From: an uncultured Acidobacteriaceae bacterium
GTDB lineage: Bacteria; Acidobacteriota; Terriglobia; Terriglobales; Acidobacteriaceae
Reading direction: 5' to 3'
DNA length: 64,000 bases
NCBI GenBank assembly: GCA_963839125.1
Contig: CAWITV010000009.1
Span: forward strand, 106,272-170,271
The notes beneath the pieces are model-generated. The model was not told the DNA's origin and did not search any database. It worked only from the letters and a program-made list of their open reading frames with translations. Positions within the stretch are counted from its first letter, which is position 1. Every line of letters begins with the position of its first letter. Positions 1 through 9,034 of this stretch are shown here, piece after piece. A program made the position numbers and the translations under genes.

Positions 1-22
1 AGGCGGAATTTGACGGGAGTGC

Positions 23-1033
23 TCAGAAGTTTTTCTTCAGGTCCATTCCGTTGTAGAGGCTCGCGACCTGATCGTATCCGTTGAACATTAGCGTGGGACG
101 TTTAAAAAATTCGCCCAGCCTGCGCTCCTTGGCCTGGCTCCAGCGCGGATGGTCGACATGTGGGTTCACGTTTGAGTAGAAACCATATTCCCTGGGCGCG
201 GATTTATTCCACGTATTAACTGGCTGCCTGTCGGTGAAGCGAAATCGCACGATTGCTTTGGCGCTCTTGAATCCGTACTTCCACGGCACCACAATCCGCA
301 ATGGCGCACCATCCTGATTGGCCAACGGTCCGCCATACATTCCGAAGCAAAGCAGCGCCAGTGGGTGCATCGCCTCATCCATGCGGAGTCCTTCAACATA
401 CGGCCATTCGAGGACGCTGGTGCGCTGTCCGGGCATTTGCTGCAAATCGAAAAGCGTGGTGAATTCGACAAACTTCGCTTTCTCGGTCGGTTCGGCGCGT
501 TTGATCAGCTCACTGAGCGAAAAGCCGACCCACGGCACCACGATGGACCATCCTTCCACGCAGCGATGCCGATAAATCCGCTCCTCGGGAGACGCCCATT
601 TGATAATTTCATCCACATCGAGGGTCTGCTTTTTCTTCACCAGCCCGTCAATGGTGACCTTCCATGGCCGAGTACGAAACTTTTTCGCGAGGCCCGCAGG
701 CTCATACTTGTCCGTCGAAAATTCGTAATAATTGTTGTAATTCGTCACGTCCTTAAAAGGAGTGATGGTCTCGGTAGTCGAGAACGGACTCTTCTGAATT
801 CCGGATATGCTTCCCGCGGGATTGGTGTCGGCAAATGCACGGGATGGCGAAATCAGTTGTTTCCCCGTCGCTCCGGCAAGTCCGACGGCTCCCGCTGCTC
901 CTAATCCGGCGAGAAACTTTCGCCGATTAAGATAAAGTTCGCGCGGAGTAATGTCCGACCACTTGATCTCGTCCCTTTTCTTTATCAACATAAGTCCACC
1001 GGAAGTACGCTGAATTCCTTTTGTTGGATTCAA
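23..1033 (-). CDS. msrP: Protein-methionine-sulfoxide reductase catalytic subunit MsrP (YedY-type molybdopterin oxidoreductase)
   Basis: Near full-length colinearity with E. coli MsrP: twin-arginine leader RRKFLAGLG, then [36 protein letters not shown] and a C-terminal [11 protein letters not shown]. The real start may be the internal MLIKK. Confidence 0.9.
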   Translation of the reverse strand: MNPTKGIQRTSGGLMLIKKRDEIKWSDITPRELYLNRRKFLAGLGAAGAVGLAGATGKQLISPSRAFADTNPAGSISGIQKSPFSTTETITPFKDVTNYNNYYEFSTDKYEPAGLAKKFRTRPWKVTIDGLVKKKQTLDVDEIIKWASPEERIYRHRCVEGWSIVVPWVGFSLSELIKRAEPTEKAKFVEFTTLFDLQQMPGQRTSVLEWPYVEGLRMDEAMHPLALLCFGMYGGPLANQDGAPLRIVVPWKYGFKSAKAIVRFRFTDRQPVNTWNKSAPREYGFYSNVNPHVDHPRWSQAKERRLGEFFKRPTLMFNGYDQVASLYNGMDLKKNF

Positions 1034-1289
1034 TTGTAATTCTTACGCCTGCAGCGTTAAATCCCAAAAAGATTCGCCCGCTTTGAGATCCGGAATCTAC
1101 GAGGTTATTACCTATTCCGTGCGCATTCCACTTAGTGGGTAATTAGCATACCGTTCCTCACAAAGGTCATAGAAATTCCGGATTGAATGCTACACTTCGG
1201 CAATTTACTATCCTGAGGCTGCCTTGGTTGAGGCTACCTGGTTCAGTTCATATGACTCGTAGCTGTATCGCGTCACGATATAATCTTAA

Positions 1290-1775
1290 ATGGGGGACGT
1301 CATGCGCACATTTGGTCTTTGCTTGCTTTGCTTAATCTCTGCGCAAGCCTTGATCGCTCAAACCGCTTCGACCGATTGTACCTTTGAGGATGGCCGGCAG
1401 ATCGGCCTGCAATACAATACCGGCAAGAGCGAGGAAATCAGGAATGGCAAGCTGTGGACTCCGGGCGGAGCGCCCATGGTTCTGTTCGCACAGGCTCCGC
1501 TAACTTTAGGTGCGGCGACGATCACTCCCGGCGCCTATACGGTTTATATAATTCCCGCGAAAAAAGAGTGGACGCTTATCATCAATAAAAACGTAAATGT
1601 AGGAAGTTCTTACGACCCAGGTCAGGATCTCGCCCGCGGATCGATGGATCTTGGAGAAGTTGACCACGCTACCAAGCAGCCACAACTAGCCTTTGCCCAC
1701 GTTGGACCGAAAGATTGCAGCCTGAGAATTTATTACGGAAAGGTGGGTGCCTTCGTGGAGTTCAAAGAACCGTAG
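1290..1775 (+). CDS. Secreted DUF2911-like protein
   Basis: Signal peptide MRTFGLCLLCLISAQALIAQ. The segment GKLWTPGGAPMVLF...ITPGAYTVYIIPAKKEWTLIINKN fits my memory of the DUF2911 pattern. Confidence 0.5.
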   Translation: MGDVMRTFGLCLLCLISAQALIAQTASTDCTFEDGRQIGLQYNTGKSEEIRNGKLWTPGGAPMVLFAQAPLTLGAATITPGAYTVYIIPAKKEWTLIINKNVNVGSSYDPGQDLARGSMDLGEVDHATKQPQLAFAHVGPKDCSLRIYYGKVGAFVEFKEP

Positions 1776-1816
1776 GGCTTTTGGAGAGTGTGCATACACG
1801 TCTGATCTCAATCAGG

Positions 1817-2182
1817 TTATCTTCCGTACTCGGTGATCTCTCCGTCCACTGCGACTGCCACGTATTTGTGGGTTTCTCTGTCGCGGAACTGGACGACCTT
1901 ATGTTTTTCACGAGCCAGTTGGCCCCATCGGCTGGGCTTGTTTCGATTTTGTTCAATCGCCTCAAACTGTCGTCCGTTTATTTTGAATTGCACAGTTCTC
2001 AGACGTCCGCTGCCAACGCGTTTTATTTTCAATTTCTGGTCGTTCAGTACTACTTGTTCACTCTCCAGCAGCTGAATCGCAATGGAGCTTAGTACCCCTA
2101 ATAACTCTTTATTGTCCACTTTAGTTTCCAAGATGCCGCGCCGGGAGCAATCTCGGTTAGCTAACCTCCGTAAAATCGACAT
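1817..2182 (-). CDS. Hypothetical protein (121 aa), no domain recognised
   Basis: Clean ORF convergent with the previous gene. Lys/Arg-rich basic protein. Confidence 0.4.
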   Translation of the reverse strand: MSILRRLANRDCSRRGILETKVDNKELLGVLSSIAIQLLESEQVVLNDQKLKIKRVGSGRLRTVQFKINGRQFEAIEQNRNKPSRWGQLAREKHKVVQFRDRETHKYVAVAVDGEITEYGR

Positions 2183-2243
2183 CCCGCTCCACTATTACTA
2201 TATGGGTACGTAACTATAGGGTAACGCCACGCCACAGCGGAGG

Positions 2244-3125
2244 CTATCCTTCGCCCTTTAACATGTCAAGCACCCTATCGAAGTCATCCAGCGTCGCGTA
2301 CTCGATAACTATTTTTCCCTTTCCGCTTCGGTCGTTTATGCGAACGCGCACTCCGAGCAGTCTTTCTAATTCCGATTGCGCCTCCTTGACGTTGGGATCC
2401 ACGCGCTCGGGGACGGCAACAGGGCGCTTCTCCTTTGGCAAATTCATTTCGTCAATGCGCTGCTTGAGAGCTATCACCGAGAGGCCCTTGCTGGCGGCTT
2501 CTTTTGCAATACTTTCGAGATAAGACGGATCGCCCAATTGCAGTAGAACGCGGGCTTCGCTGAAGCCCAAGCTTCCCGAGGCAATCAAATCCTGCACTGC
2601 CTGAGGGAGCTTCAATATGCGCATGTAGTTTGCGACCGACTCTCTGGAAACGCCAGTGCGTTGCCCAATTTGCTCCTGGGTTAATCCAAATTCCCGGCTT
2701 AGGCGCTGGAAGGCATTTGCCTGTTCCAGGCAGTTCAAATCCTGGCGCTGGAGATTTTCCACGACGGTCATCTCCGCAGCCCGCTCTTCTGACACCGTCC
2801 GCACAATCGCAGGAATGGTCTTCTTGCCAGCCAATGCCGAAGCACGGCAGCGGCGCTCGCCCAGAACAAGAACATATCGACCGGGTTTACCCGGACGGAC
2901 CACAATTGGCTGGATGAGGCCATCATTTTTTATAGAGTCGGCGAGCTCCACGAGTGCTTTTTCATCGAAATATTTTCGCGTCTGGTAAGGATTTTCATCA
3001 ATCTGATCCAGAGCTATTTGCAAAACCTCGTCGCCGGATAACCTTGCAGCCTGGATCTCGGAAACTTCGCCAGAATTGGCAACTGGCGGCGTAAGCGGAG
3101 GAACAACGCGGGGCCGACCCGGCAA
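2244..3125 (-). CDS. parB: Chromosome partitioning protein ParB/Spo0J, N-terminus disrupted (see finding)
   Basis: ParB box GERRCRA, HTH region and a C-terminal dimerisation segment. The same frame upstream reads ENKRRALGRGLDSLLPG directly after a TAG at 3168-3170. An SD+ATG at 3247 lies in another frame. Confidence 0.93.
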   Translation of the reverse strand: MPGRPRVVPPLTPPVANSGEVSEIQAARLSGDEVLQIALDQIDENPYQTRKYFDEKALVELADSIKNDGLIQPIVVRPGKPGRYVLVLGERRCRASALAGKKTIPAIVRTVSEERAAEMTVVENLQRQDLNCLEQANAFQRLSREFGLTQEQIGQRTGVSRESVANYMRILKLPQAVQDLIASGSLGFSEARVLLQLGDPSYLESIAKEAASKGLSVIALKQRIDEMNLPKEKRPVAVPERVDPNVKEAQSELERLLGVRVRINDRSGKGKIVIEYATLDDFDRVLDMLKGEG

Positions 3126-3299
3126 TAGGGAATCCAGGCCTCGCCCGAGGGCGCGGCGCTTGTTTTCCTAGCACCTTTTCGGAGGGAGCTTCGTTCGGGG
3201 CCGCCGCCGGAAATTTCGGCCAGTGCGATTTTTTCTGCTGTTGTCATGTTCAATCTCCCTTTTCTGGAATCGTTATCTATGCCTCAAGCCGGTTCGCAC

Positions 3300-4166
3300 C
3301 TACCGGTCTGTGAGATTCATACTTATTAACTTGTTTCGTTCCTTCCAGCGTTTCCAGCGGGGAGCATTGACAGCTTGCTTTTCCTGCTCCTCTTCGGTTA
3401 CGGGAAGATAGTGGCTCAGAATCTCGGTTGCGAGCTGTATATAGCTTTCCGCCCCTCTAGAGCGCGGGTCATACAGGAGCACAGGTTTGCCATGGCTGGG
3501 TGCTTCTGCGAGCCGCACATTTCTAGGAATGATCGTCTTGCAGAGCTTTTCCCCAAAATGTCCTGCGAGTTCGGCTGTAACCTGTTGCGCAAGGTTGGTG
3601 CGGTCATCGAACATTGTCAGCACAACACCTTCAATCGACAACTCCGGATTCAGGCTGACTCGAATCCTTTCAATGGTATCGAGCAACTCCGAAATGCCTT
3701 CGAGCGCGAAATATTCAGCCTGCATGGGGATTAACACGGAATCCGCCGCCACGAGCGCATTCAAGGTGAGGAGGTCCAGGGCGGGAGGACAATCCAGCAC
3801 GATGAATTCAAATTGCTCGCGAAGTGGCTGGAGGGAATTCCGGAGGCGGAATTCCCTGCGCTCCACATCCACCAGTTCGATGTTTGCGCCGATAAGATTT
3901 TTGTGGCCGGGAATTACGGATAATTTAGCAATTTCTGTGTTTTGTATGGCTTCGTCTGCGTCAGCAGCGGCCATTAGAAGATGGTAAGTGCTTAGGCGGT
4001 CTGGATCTTTTCCAAAGCCTAATCCGCTGCTGGCGTTCGATTGCGGGTCGCAATCAATCAGCAGCGTCTTGACGCCGGCTGCCGCGAAGGACGAAGCAAG
4101 ATTAATGGCGGTGGTGGTTTTCCCCACGCCGCCTTTTTGATTGGCGACCGCGATGACGCGTCCCAT
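3300..4166 (-). CDS. parA: Chromosome partitioning ATPase ParA/Soj
   Basis: Deviant Walker A KGGVGKTT, DCDPQ, and the typical Soj C-terminus. Located directly upstream of parB. Confidence 0.95.
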   Translation of the reverse strand: MGRVIAVANQKGGVGKTTTAINLASSFAAAGVKTLLIDCDPQSNASSGLGFGKDPDRLSTYHLLMAAADADEAIQNTEIAKLSVIPGHKNLIGANIELVDVERREFRLRNSLQPLREQFEFIVLDCPPALDLLTLNALVAADSVLIPMQAEYFALEGISELLDTIERIRVSLNPELSIEGVVLTMFDDRTNLAQQVTAELAGHFGEKLCKTIIPRNVRLAEAPSHGKPVLLYDPRSRGAESYIQLATEILSHYLPVTEEEQEKQAVNAPRWKRWKERNKLISMNLTDR

Positions 4167-4315
4167 GAATTTTTCGGAGAATCAGAGCTTGAGAAGAAGA
4201 TATGCGAATGACGAGCGCCTTGGCAATGACGCTTTTGAGTGCACCCGGGTAATAATGCAGCACCTTGAATCAAGAGGTCTAAGTCGGGATTTGCACCGAA
4301 CCATGCACAACGTAA

Positions 4316-4331
4316 TGTTCCACGTGGAACA
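4316..4331. promoter_or_regulatory. parS: parS centromere site, perfect 16-bp palindrome TGTTCCACGTGGAACA
   Basis: Read directly from the sequence. It matches the GC-type parS consensus known from Pseudomonas and many other phyla. It lies about 150 bp upstream of the parA start. Confidence 0.85.
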
Positions 4332-4355
4332 ATCGGCGCATGATCAGAAAGTCTG

Positions 4356-4371
4356 CGTTCCACGTGGAACA
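4356..4371. promoter_or_regulatory. parS: Second parS site CGTTCCACGTGGAACA (15/16, perfect 14-bp core)
   Basis: Read directly. It lies 40 bp from the first site in the parA-rsmG spacer. Confidence 0.8.
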
Positions 4372-4483
4372 ATTTGAGATTCTTCCACTTTCTGGCCTTC
4401 AGGTGCTTCCAACAGCTTGAAATTGATCTTTGATCGCCTCGCCCGGACCACGGATAATCGATCTGACTCTTAACTGAGTTGGT

Positions 4484-5125
4484 TCAGGGGCACAAGCTCC
4501 CCGTGATGAGTACGCGCCTCTCCGATTTCGGCATGCCTACGGGCGCTTCCCACCGAACCGTTTTCGTATCGCTTAAAGACTTCAGTTGCTCATCGCCCAG
4601 CATTAGCGCGATAGTGCCGCCGGGTTCTAAAAGTCCTATCGCGGTCTTTAAGGCCTCTTCAAAATTCTCTACTGCGCGCAGAGTTACGAACTCAACTTGA
4701 TGAGGGAAGGCTTCTGCCCGTTTGGCAAACACTTCGACGTCATCCAACTTTAATCCCCGGACAACTTCACGGAGGAAAGTAGCCTTTTTATTGTTGGATT
4801 CGATAAGAGTGACTTTAATTTCCGGTGCCCATATCTTAATCGGCAGACCCGGAAATCCTGCTCCAGATCCCACATCCGCGAGATGAATTGATTCAGTTAC
4901 CGACTGACTTGGAAAAAGCTGTTGACCAACGAACAAAGACTCCCCGAAATGGCGGGTCACAATCTCTTCCGCTTCGCGGACGGACGTAAGGTTAATGCGG
5001 GCGTTCCACCGCAGCAGGAGGTCGAGATGCATCGACACTGCTGAAAGCTGATCTTCGCTTAGCTTGGTTACGAGAAAAGGCCCCAGAAGTTCGGCGATGC
5101 GGCCGGGTTGCATGTTGCCCGACAT
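4484..5125 (-). CDS. rsmG: 16S rRNA (guanine527-N7)-methyltransferase RsmG (GidB)
   Basis: SAM motif DVGSGAGFPGLP, plus typical length and synteny with parAB. Confidence 0.9.
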   Translation of the reverse strand: MSGNMQPGRIAELLGPFLVTKLSEDQLSAVSMHLDLLLRWNARINLTSVREAEEIVTRHFGESLFVGQQLFPSQSVTESIHLADVGSGAGFPGLPIKIWAPEIKVTLIESNNKKATFLREVVRGLKLDDVEVFAKRAEAFPHQVEFVTLRAVENFEEALKTAIGLLEPGGTIALMLGDEQLKSLSDTKTVRWEAPVGMPKSERRVLITGSLCP

Positions 5126-5146
5126 TGTAAGACCTTTGCGTCCGAG

Positions 5147-6457
5147 CTAGTCCATGCCCATTGAAGGAGTCGCCCGCAGCAGTATGTTCCAGTCATTGAT
5201 TACATCGGTTCGCGAGGTTCTTGAGGCCGCGTTGCGACGCAATTCTTCTTGCAGCCGTGACGTCATTATCTCCTCTACCAAAATCGGCGGAGTGCTTGAG
5301 TTCAAAATATTGCCGCGAGATATCCCTACGTCTACCAATCGCTGATCTACCATGAGCTTGAGGATAGGGCGTCCCAGATCATCCAACCCTGGTTCCGCAG
5401 ACATCTCCAAATGCGACCATTTCTTGTCCTTCCCCACAATCGAGTCATGCCAGGTTTCGCGCTGAATGTCCATCCTCGCGAGCAGAGCCTTCAACTGATC
5501 TTCATAATCGCGGCGCTCTGAAGGGTCAAGCGGTGGCTGCAACTCCCGCGCCTCATCAAAGACCTGCTGATGGTGGGCGGGATCAAAGCGTCCCGTTCCC
5601 AGATATGCAACGGCCACTCCGGCCATCACGATCGGATGCAAAGCCGCAAGGGGGACGAGATATTTCTTGGACTTTAGAAAAGACTCTAGGACTCCATATG
5701 GCGGAGTGCTGCGGACAACACTTCCAGGCACCTGAGGAATTACAAAACTTGAGAACTCGAGATCGGAATTTCGCCTGCTGTAGCGGACCAAGGTTTTGGC
5801 AAGCTGTTTAGGCGTGGTGATGCCCAGGTCGGCCACGATGCTGCGGTGAACCGCCTTGGGATGATAAAAATCCAGAATCTCGCGAGCGAAGTCGGCGCAG
5901 TTACGAGACAGCAGATGGAAATGAGATTGATTGGGACGGCTGTTCAGAATGCGAATTAGCTCATCGTCCTGCGCCTCGCTGGTTTCAATTTCGTAACTGT
6001 AAAGAGTGCGGTCGAACGCTGCGCCGAGAAGTTGAACCCAATTCCCGGACGGTGCCTCACCATCAGCGGCATCCGGCGCAATATCCTCCAGATGCTTGCG
6101 ACGATATTGATCCCGGAGAAAAGCAACTAACTTCGCGTTGGCAAAGAGCGGCACATCGTCAGAGCTCTCCACCGCATACAAATAAGGAATCAGAGGAACG
6201 GCGATCCAGTCGTAGCCGCCTACGCGGTTGTAACGGCTGATCACCACGCCGGTCTCTCCCTCTGCGCAACGTCGCAGTACCACTGGAGACGATGCACATA
6301 CCCGCGGCAAATACACGGCTGCGTGGCCCGTAGCCGTCAACGCGCCGAAATGCCCAAATGGCTCCTCTAGCAACAGCGCGGCGGACGCCTGCGCACGCAC
6401 GGTAATGGCGGCGCAGAGCGTTAATAGAATGAATGACAGGAGAATGTGGCGTTTCAT
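5147..6457 (-). CDS. Secreted hypothetical protein with possible papain-fold (NlpC/P60-LRAT/PPPDE-like) His...Asn-Cys motifs
   Basis: Signal peptide ending VRAQA. GHAAVYL is followed about 150 aa later by LLSRNCADFAREILDFY, which resembles the NCEHF/NCNHF catalytic-Cys motif. Confidence 0.55.
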   Translation of the reverse strand: MKRHILLSFILLTLCAAITVRAQASAALLLEEPFGHFGALTATGHAAVYLPRVCASSPVVLRRCAEGETGVVISRYNRVGGYDWIAVPLIPYLYAVESSDDVPLFANAKLVAFLRDQYRRKHLEDIAPDAADGEAPSGNWVQLLGAAFDRTLYSYEIETSEAQDDELIRILNSRPNQSHFHLLSRNCADFAREILDFYHPKAVHRSIVADLGITTPKQLAKTLVRYSRRNSDLEFSSFVIPQVPGSVVRSTPPYGVLESFLKSKKYLVPLAALHPIVMAGVAVAYLGTGRFDPAHHQQVFDEARELQPPLDPSERRDYEDQLKALLARMDIQRETWHDSIVGKDKKWSHLEMSAEPGLDDLGRPILKLMVDQRLVDVGISRGNILNSSTPPILVEEIMTSRLQEELRRNAASRTSRTDVINDWNILLRATPSMGMD

Positions 6458-6642
6458 AAAATCAGAAAAATCTTCAGTTTAAGAAGATGAGTTCCAGAGG
6501 GTTTGGTTTGCTTAATCGAAGGGTTACTTGCGGAAATGTGTCGTGCGCCCACGCAATATAAACCCCACAAGAATCAGGATAGTTGCGCGGTTATAAGGCT
6601 GCCAGTTACCTAGGTGATAGAAAATTAATTGCCATCCGCCGG

Positions 6643-7977
6643 TCAGCGCGTGCGTAAACGAAGAAAAAGTACCGCGCCGAGAGGATGTGTGCCATAAGCG
6701 GACTGGAGCGCTGGTGGGACCCCATACCAGGTAATTTGTCCCCCGAATGCTGTTGAGAGATGCGGGATATTCCCGACTTCACGGTCGTATCCGGCGGTAT
6801 AGGCTTGCACTCTTGCTATATATCTCTCAGTAAATGTTGTCGCAGCGTTGTTACCTTCAAGTAATAGATCGTTTGTTCGATCAACATTCTCAACTCTCGT
6901 CCACAAATTATTTCGATTCCGAAATCGTAGTGTGGATTCCGCCAAATAGCCGTTGCCGATGTTTCCGTCCGAGAGGCTGCGATTGCGTCCCCACAACAGG
7001 GTGGAAATCCAATCTCCGTTTCGAATTCGGCGGTTGTACATCACCGAGGCTGTCATGCGGCGAACGTTTTCAGATGGCGCGAGCGCTTCCGGACTGTGCA
7101 GTGTAGCGATCGAGTATTGCCCACTCCAATTTCTGGTTGGGTTCACGGTGAGCCGCGTAGACCAGGAATCGAGGGCGCCAGAATCAATATTCCAACGAAA
7201 CTCGTCGGGCTCGCGTCCGTGAAATCCCGATGCTTCCACTCTTATGCGCCCGTGGGTGATTCCCGCAGTAATGACGTCGTTCGAAATATGGGTGGAGTCC
7301 TCCAGATGATGACCCAATGTAGCGATAGGATCTTCCGACGCCGAAGCACGATGAGGATACGCAACCGGTCCCATCGCGGGATCTCCTATAGGAGCGGCGT
7401 AGAAAGAAAGCAGGGTATTGTCCGTCACCGCATAGTCATAAAGAATTGCAAGTTCCATGGGGAAATCGTGAGGGTGCTGGCCGTCCACGATGGGGCGTCC
7501 GTAAGCGGTTTCGCCCTGCTGAAACAGCTCTGGATAAAAACGTCCGGTGATGGTTGCGGGCTCAAAACTCAGCATCGTTCTCAGGGTCAGTGTGCCTCTT
7601 CCGAGCTTGCGTTGCGCCATAGGCATAATCCAGTTCGTGGAAAAAAGTTTGCCCGAGCCGCGGGGTCCGGTCTGTTGGATTTCGCTCAGGAAGGCTTCTC
7701 CATGGAGCATCAACGTCCACTTGCCGACCGTCGTCATCAGCATTCTGGACGAAGTTGAGTCGGGTTGCGCGGCGGTCCCGGAAGTATCGTGAGATTGCAG
7801 TGATTCAATGAACGATGGTTGCTCATTCATGCTGGAAGTTGAACCCGTTGTGGCGGGCATGGTCGTTCCGGACATGTTCATTCCAGGCATGGTCATGCCG
7901 GGCATATCTGCCATCGCATTTTGCGCATGAGCCTGCACCCCGCAGGCCAACGTTAAAAACAATAAGATTGTTCGCAT
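6643..7977 (-). CDS. Putative outer-membrane beta-barrel protein with Met-rich N-terminal motif
   Basis: Signal peptide ...GVQAHAQ, then MPGMTMPGMNMSGTTMP. The remainder has an alternating, aromatic-rich, beta-strand-like composition. No family was recognised. Confidence 0.6.
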   Translation of the reverse strand: MRTILLFLTLACGVQAHAQNAMADMPGMTMPGMNMSGTTMPATTGSTSSMNEQPSFIESLQSHDTSGTAAQPDSTSSRMLMTTVGKWTLMLHGEAFLSEIQQTGPRGSGKLFSTNWIMPMAQRKLGRGTLTLRTMLSFEPATITGRFYPELFQQGETAYGRPIVDGQHPHDFPMELAILYDYAVTDNTLLSFYAAPIGDPAMGPVAYPHRASASEDPIATLGHHLEDSTHISNDVITAGITHGRIRVEASGFHGREPDEFRWNIDSGALDSWSTRLTVNPTRNWSGQYSIATLHSPEALAPSENVRRMTASVMYNRRIRNGDWISTLLWGRNRSLSDGNIGNGYLAESTLRFRNRNNLWTRVENVDRTNDLLLEGNNAATTFTERYIARVQAYTAGYDREVGNIPHLSTAFGGQITWYGVPPALQSAYGTHPLGAVLFLRLRTR

Positions 7978-8073
7978 CAGCCACCTCTGGATTCCAAATC
8001 GTTTCCTATTCCTGGGGAATAGGGATCGCCTCTATAAAGACGAAGACGAACGCAGCTCTCCTGAATTTTGGGA

Positions 8074-8403
8074 TTACACGCGCAGAGGGGAATTGGACGA
8101 GGGATCTCTGTATTCAATAAAAGCCACGAGCGGTCGCCCTAGTGAATGCTCGCGGACGGAATCTACAAGGTCCAATACGATAGTTGCTATTTGTGGCGTG
8201 AAGCTATCCGATGCCGGCAAACTGTCGATATTGTGACTCGCGACACAACACTGCGGAGTCGTTGCGGGATGCGGACATTTGGACATCCTGCCGTGCTTAT
8301 GGCATACAGTCGCGGCACTGGCCGGCGGTATCAGGGACGGCAAGCTGAGAGCCAGGATTGCAACGACCGCCGTCATCCAGCCGAGCTTTGATTTGGAAAA
8401 CAC
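8074..8403 (-). CDS. Small secreted Cys/His-rich protein
   Basis: Signal peptide ...PPASA, followed by CHKHGRMSKCPHPATTPQCCVASH. Located immediately upstream, in the same direction, of the Met-rich barrel gene. Confidence 0.45.
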   Translation of the reverse strand: MFSKSKLGWMTAVVAILALSLPSLIPPASAATVCHKHGRMSKCPHPATTPQCCVASHNIDSLPASDSFTPQIATIVLDLVDSVREHSLGRPLVAFIEYRDPSSNSPLRV

Positions 8404-8688
8404 TACCCATACATTCTAGGTGAAACGGGGCGGCTCGCAATGCGACCGAAGTGCTACTGGAAGGCCTAACAAGCCAGGCGAATCGGCTGGGGGCTGCCCC
8501 CAAAACGGGCAATATCCAGCTAAAAATAGAATTTCGACTGATTTAGGGGTCCATAGGGTACAATTCCCCTGCGTTCAATCTCTGCGGTCTTTTTGCAGTC
8601 CCCAGTAACTCCCGCTCACAGCGTGACCTGCCTGCAGAATCTCAGCTCAGCTTTAGCGCCACATTCAATTAAAGGAACAAAGCACCAT

Positions 8689-8889
8689 ATGGAAACAGGA
8701 ACAGTAAAATGGTTTAACGACGCCAAAGGATACGGATTCATCAGCCGCCAAAGTGGCGAAGACGTTTTCGTGCACTTCTCAGCCATTCAAGCGGGCGGAT
8801 TTCGCAGCCTGCAAGAAGGTCAGCAGGTACAGTTCGATGTGGTCAAAGGACCCAAAGGGTGGCAGGCCGAGAACGTAAAAGCAGCCTAA
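8689..8889 (+). CDS. cspA: Cold-shock protein, CspA family
   Basis: [18 protein letters not shown] (RNP1) and VFVHFSAI (RNP2). The ATG at 8689 is preceded by AAAGGA. The longer ORF-track start at 8593 is rejected. Confidence 0.95.
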   Translation: METGTVKWFNDAKGYGFISRQSGEDVFVHFSAIQAGGFRSLQEGQQVQFDVVKGPKGWQAENVKAA

Positions 8890-8910
8890 ATCCAGATTTG
8901 GAAATTCAAC

Positions 8911-8938
8911 GGGCGGCCTGCGGGCCGCCTTATTACTT
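8911..8938 (+). terminator. Rho-independent terminator after csp
   Basis: GGCGGCC-tgcg-GGCCGCC hairpin followed by TTATTACTT. Confidence 0.6.
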
Positions 8939-9034
8939 GCCCGAAGTTATTTGGAATCGCGGATGAGCACGACATCCGAATCGACGTGGCCGCGAATCAC
9001 GGCGAGCTTGCTTCCATCCGGAGACCAGGCAAAA

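Noticed and set aside
3014-3253. 79-aa ORF between parA and parB as an independent small gene.
   Set aside because: Its first ~27 codons are the genuine parB 5' end (good RBS and ATG). The rest is out-of-frame read-through of the parB N-terminal region.
8593-8688. Long N-terminal extension of the cold-shock protein.
   Set aside because: CspA-family proteins are ~67 aa. The conserved sequence starts at the ATG at 8689, which has its own RBS. The upstream part is more likely the long 5' UTR typical of csp genes.
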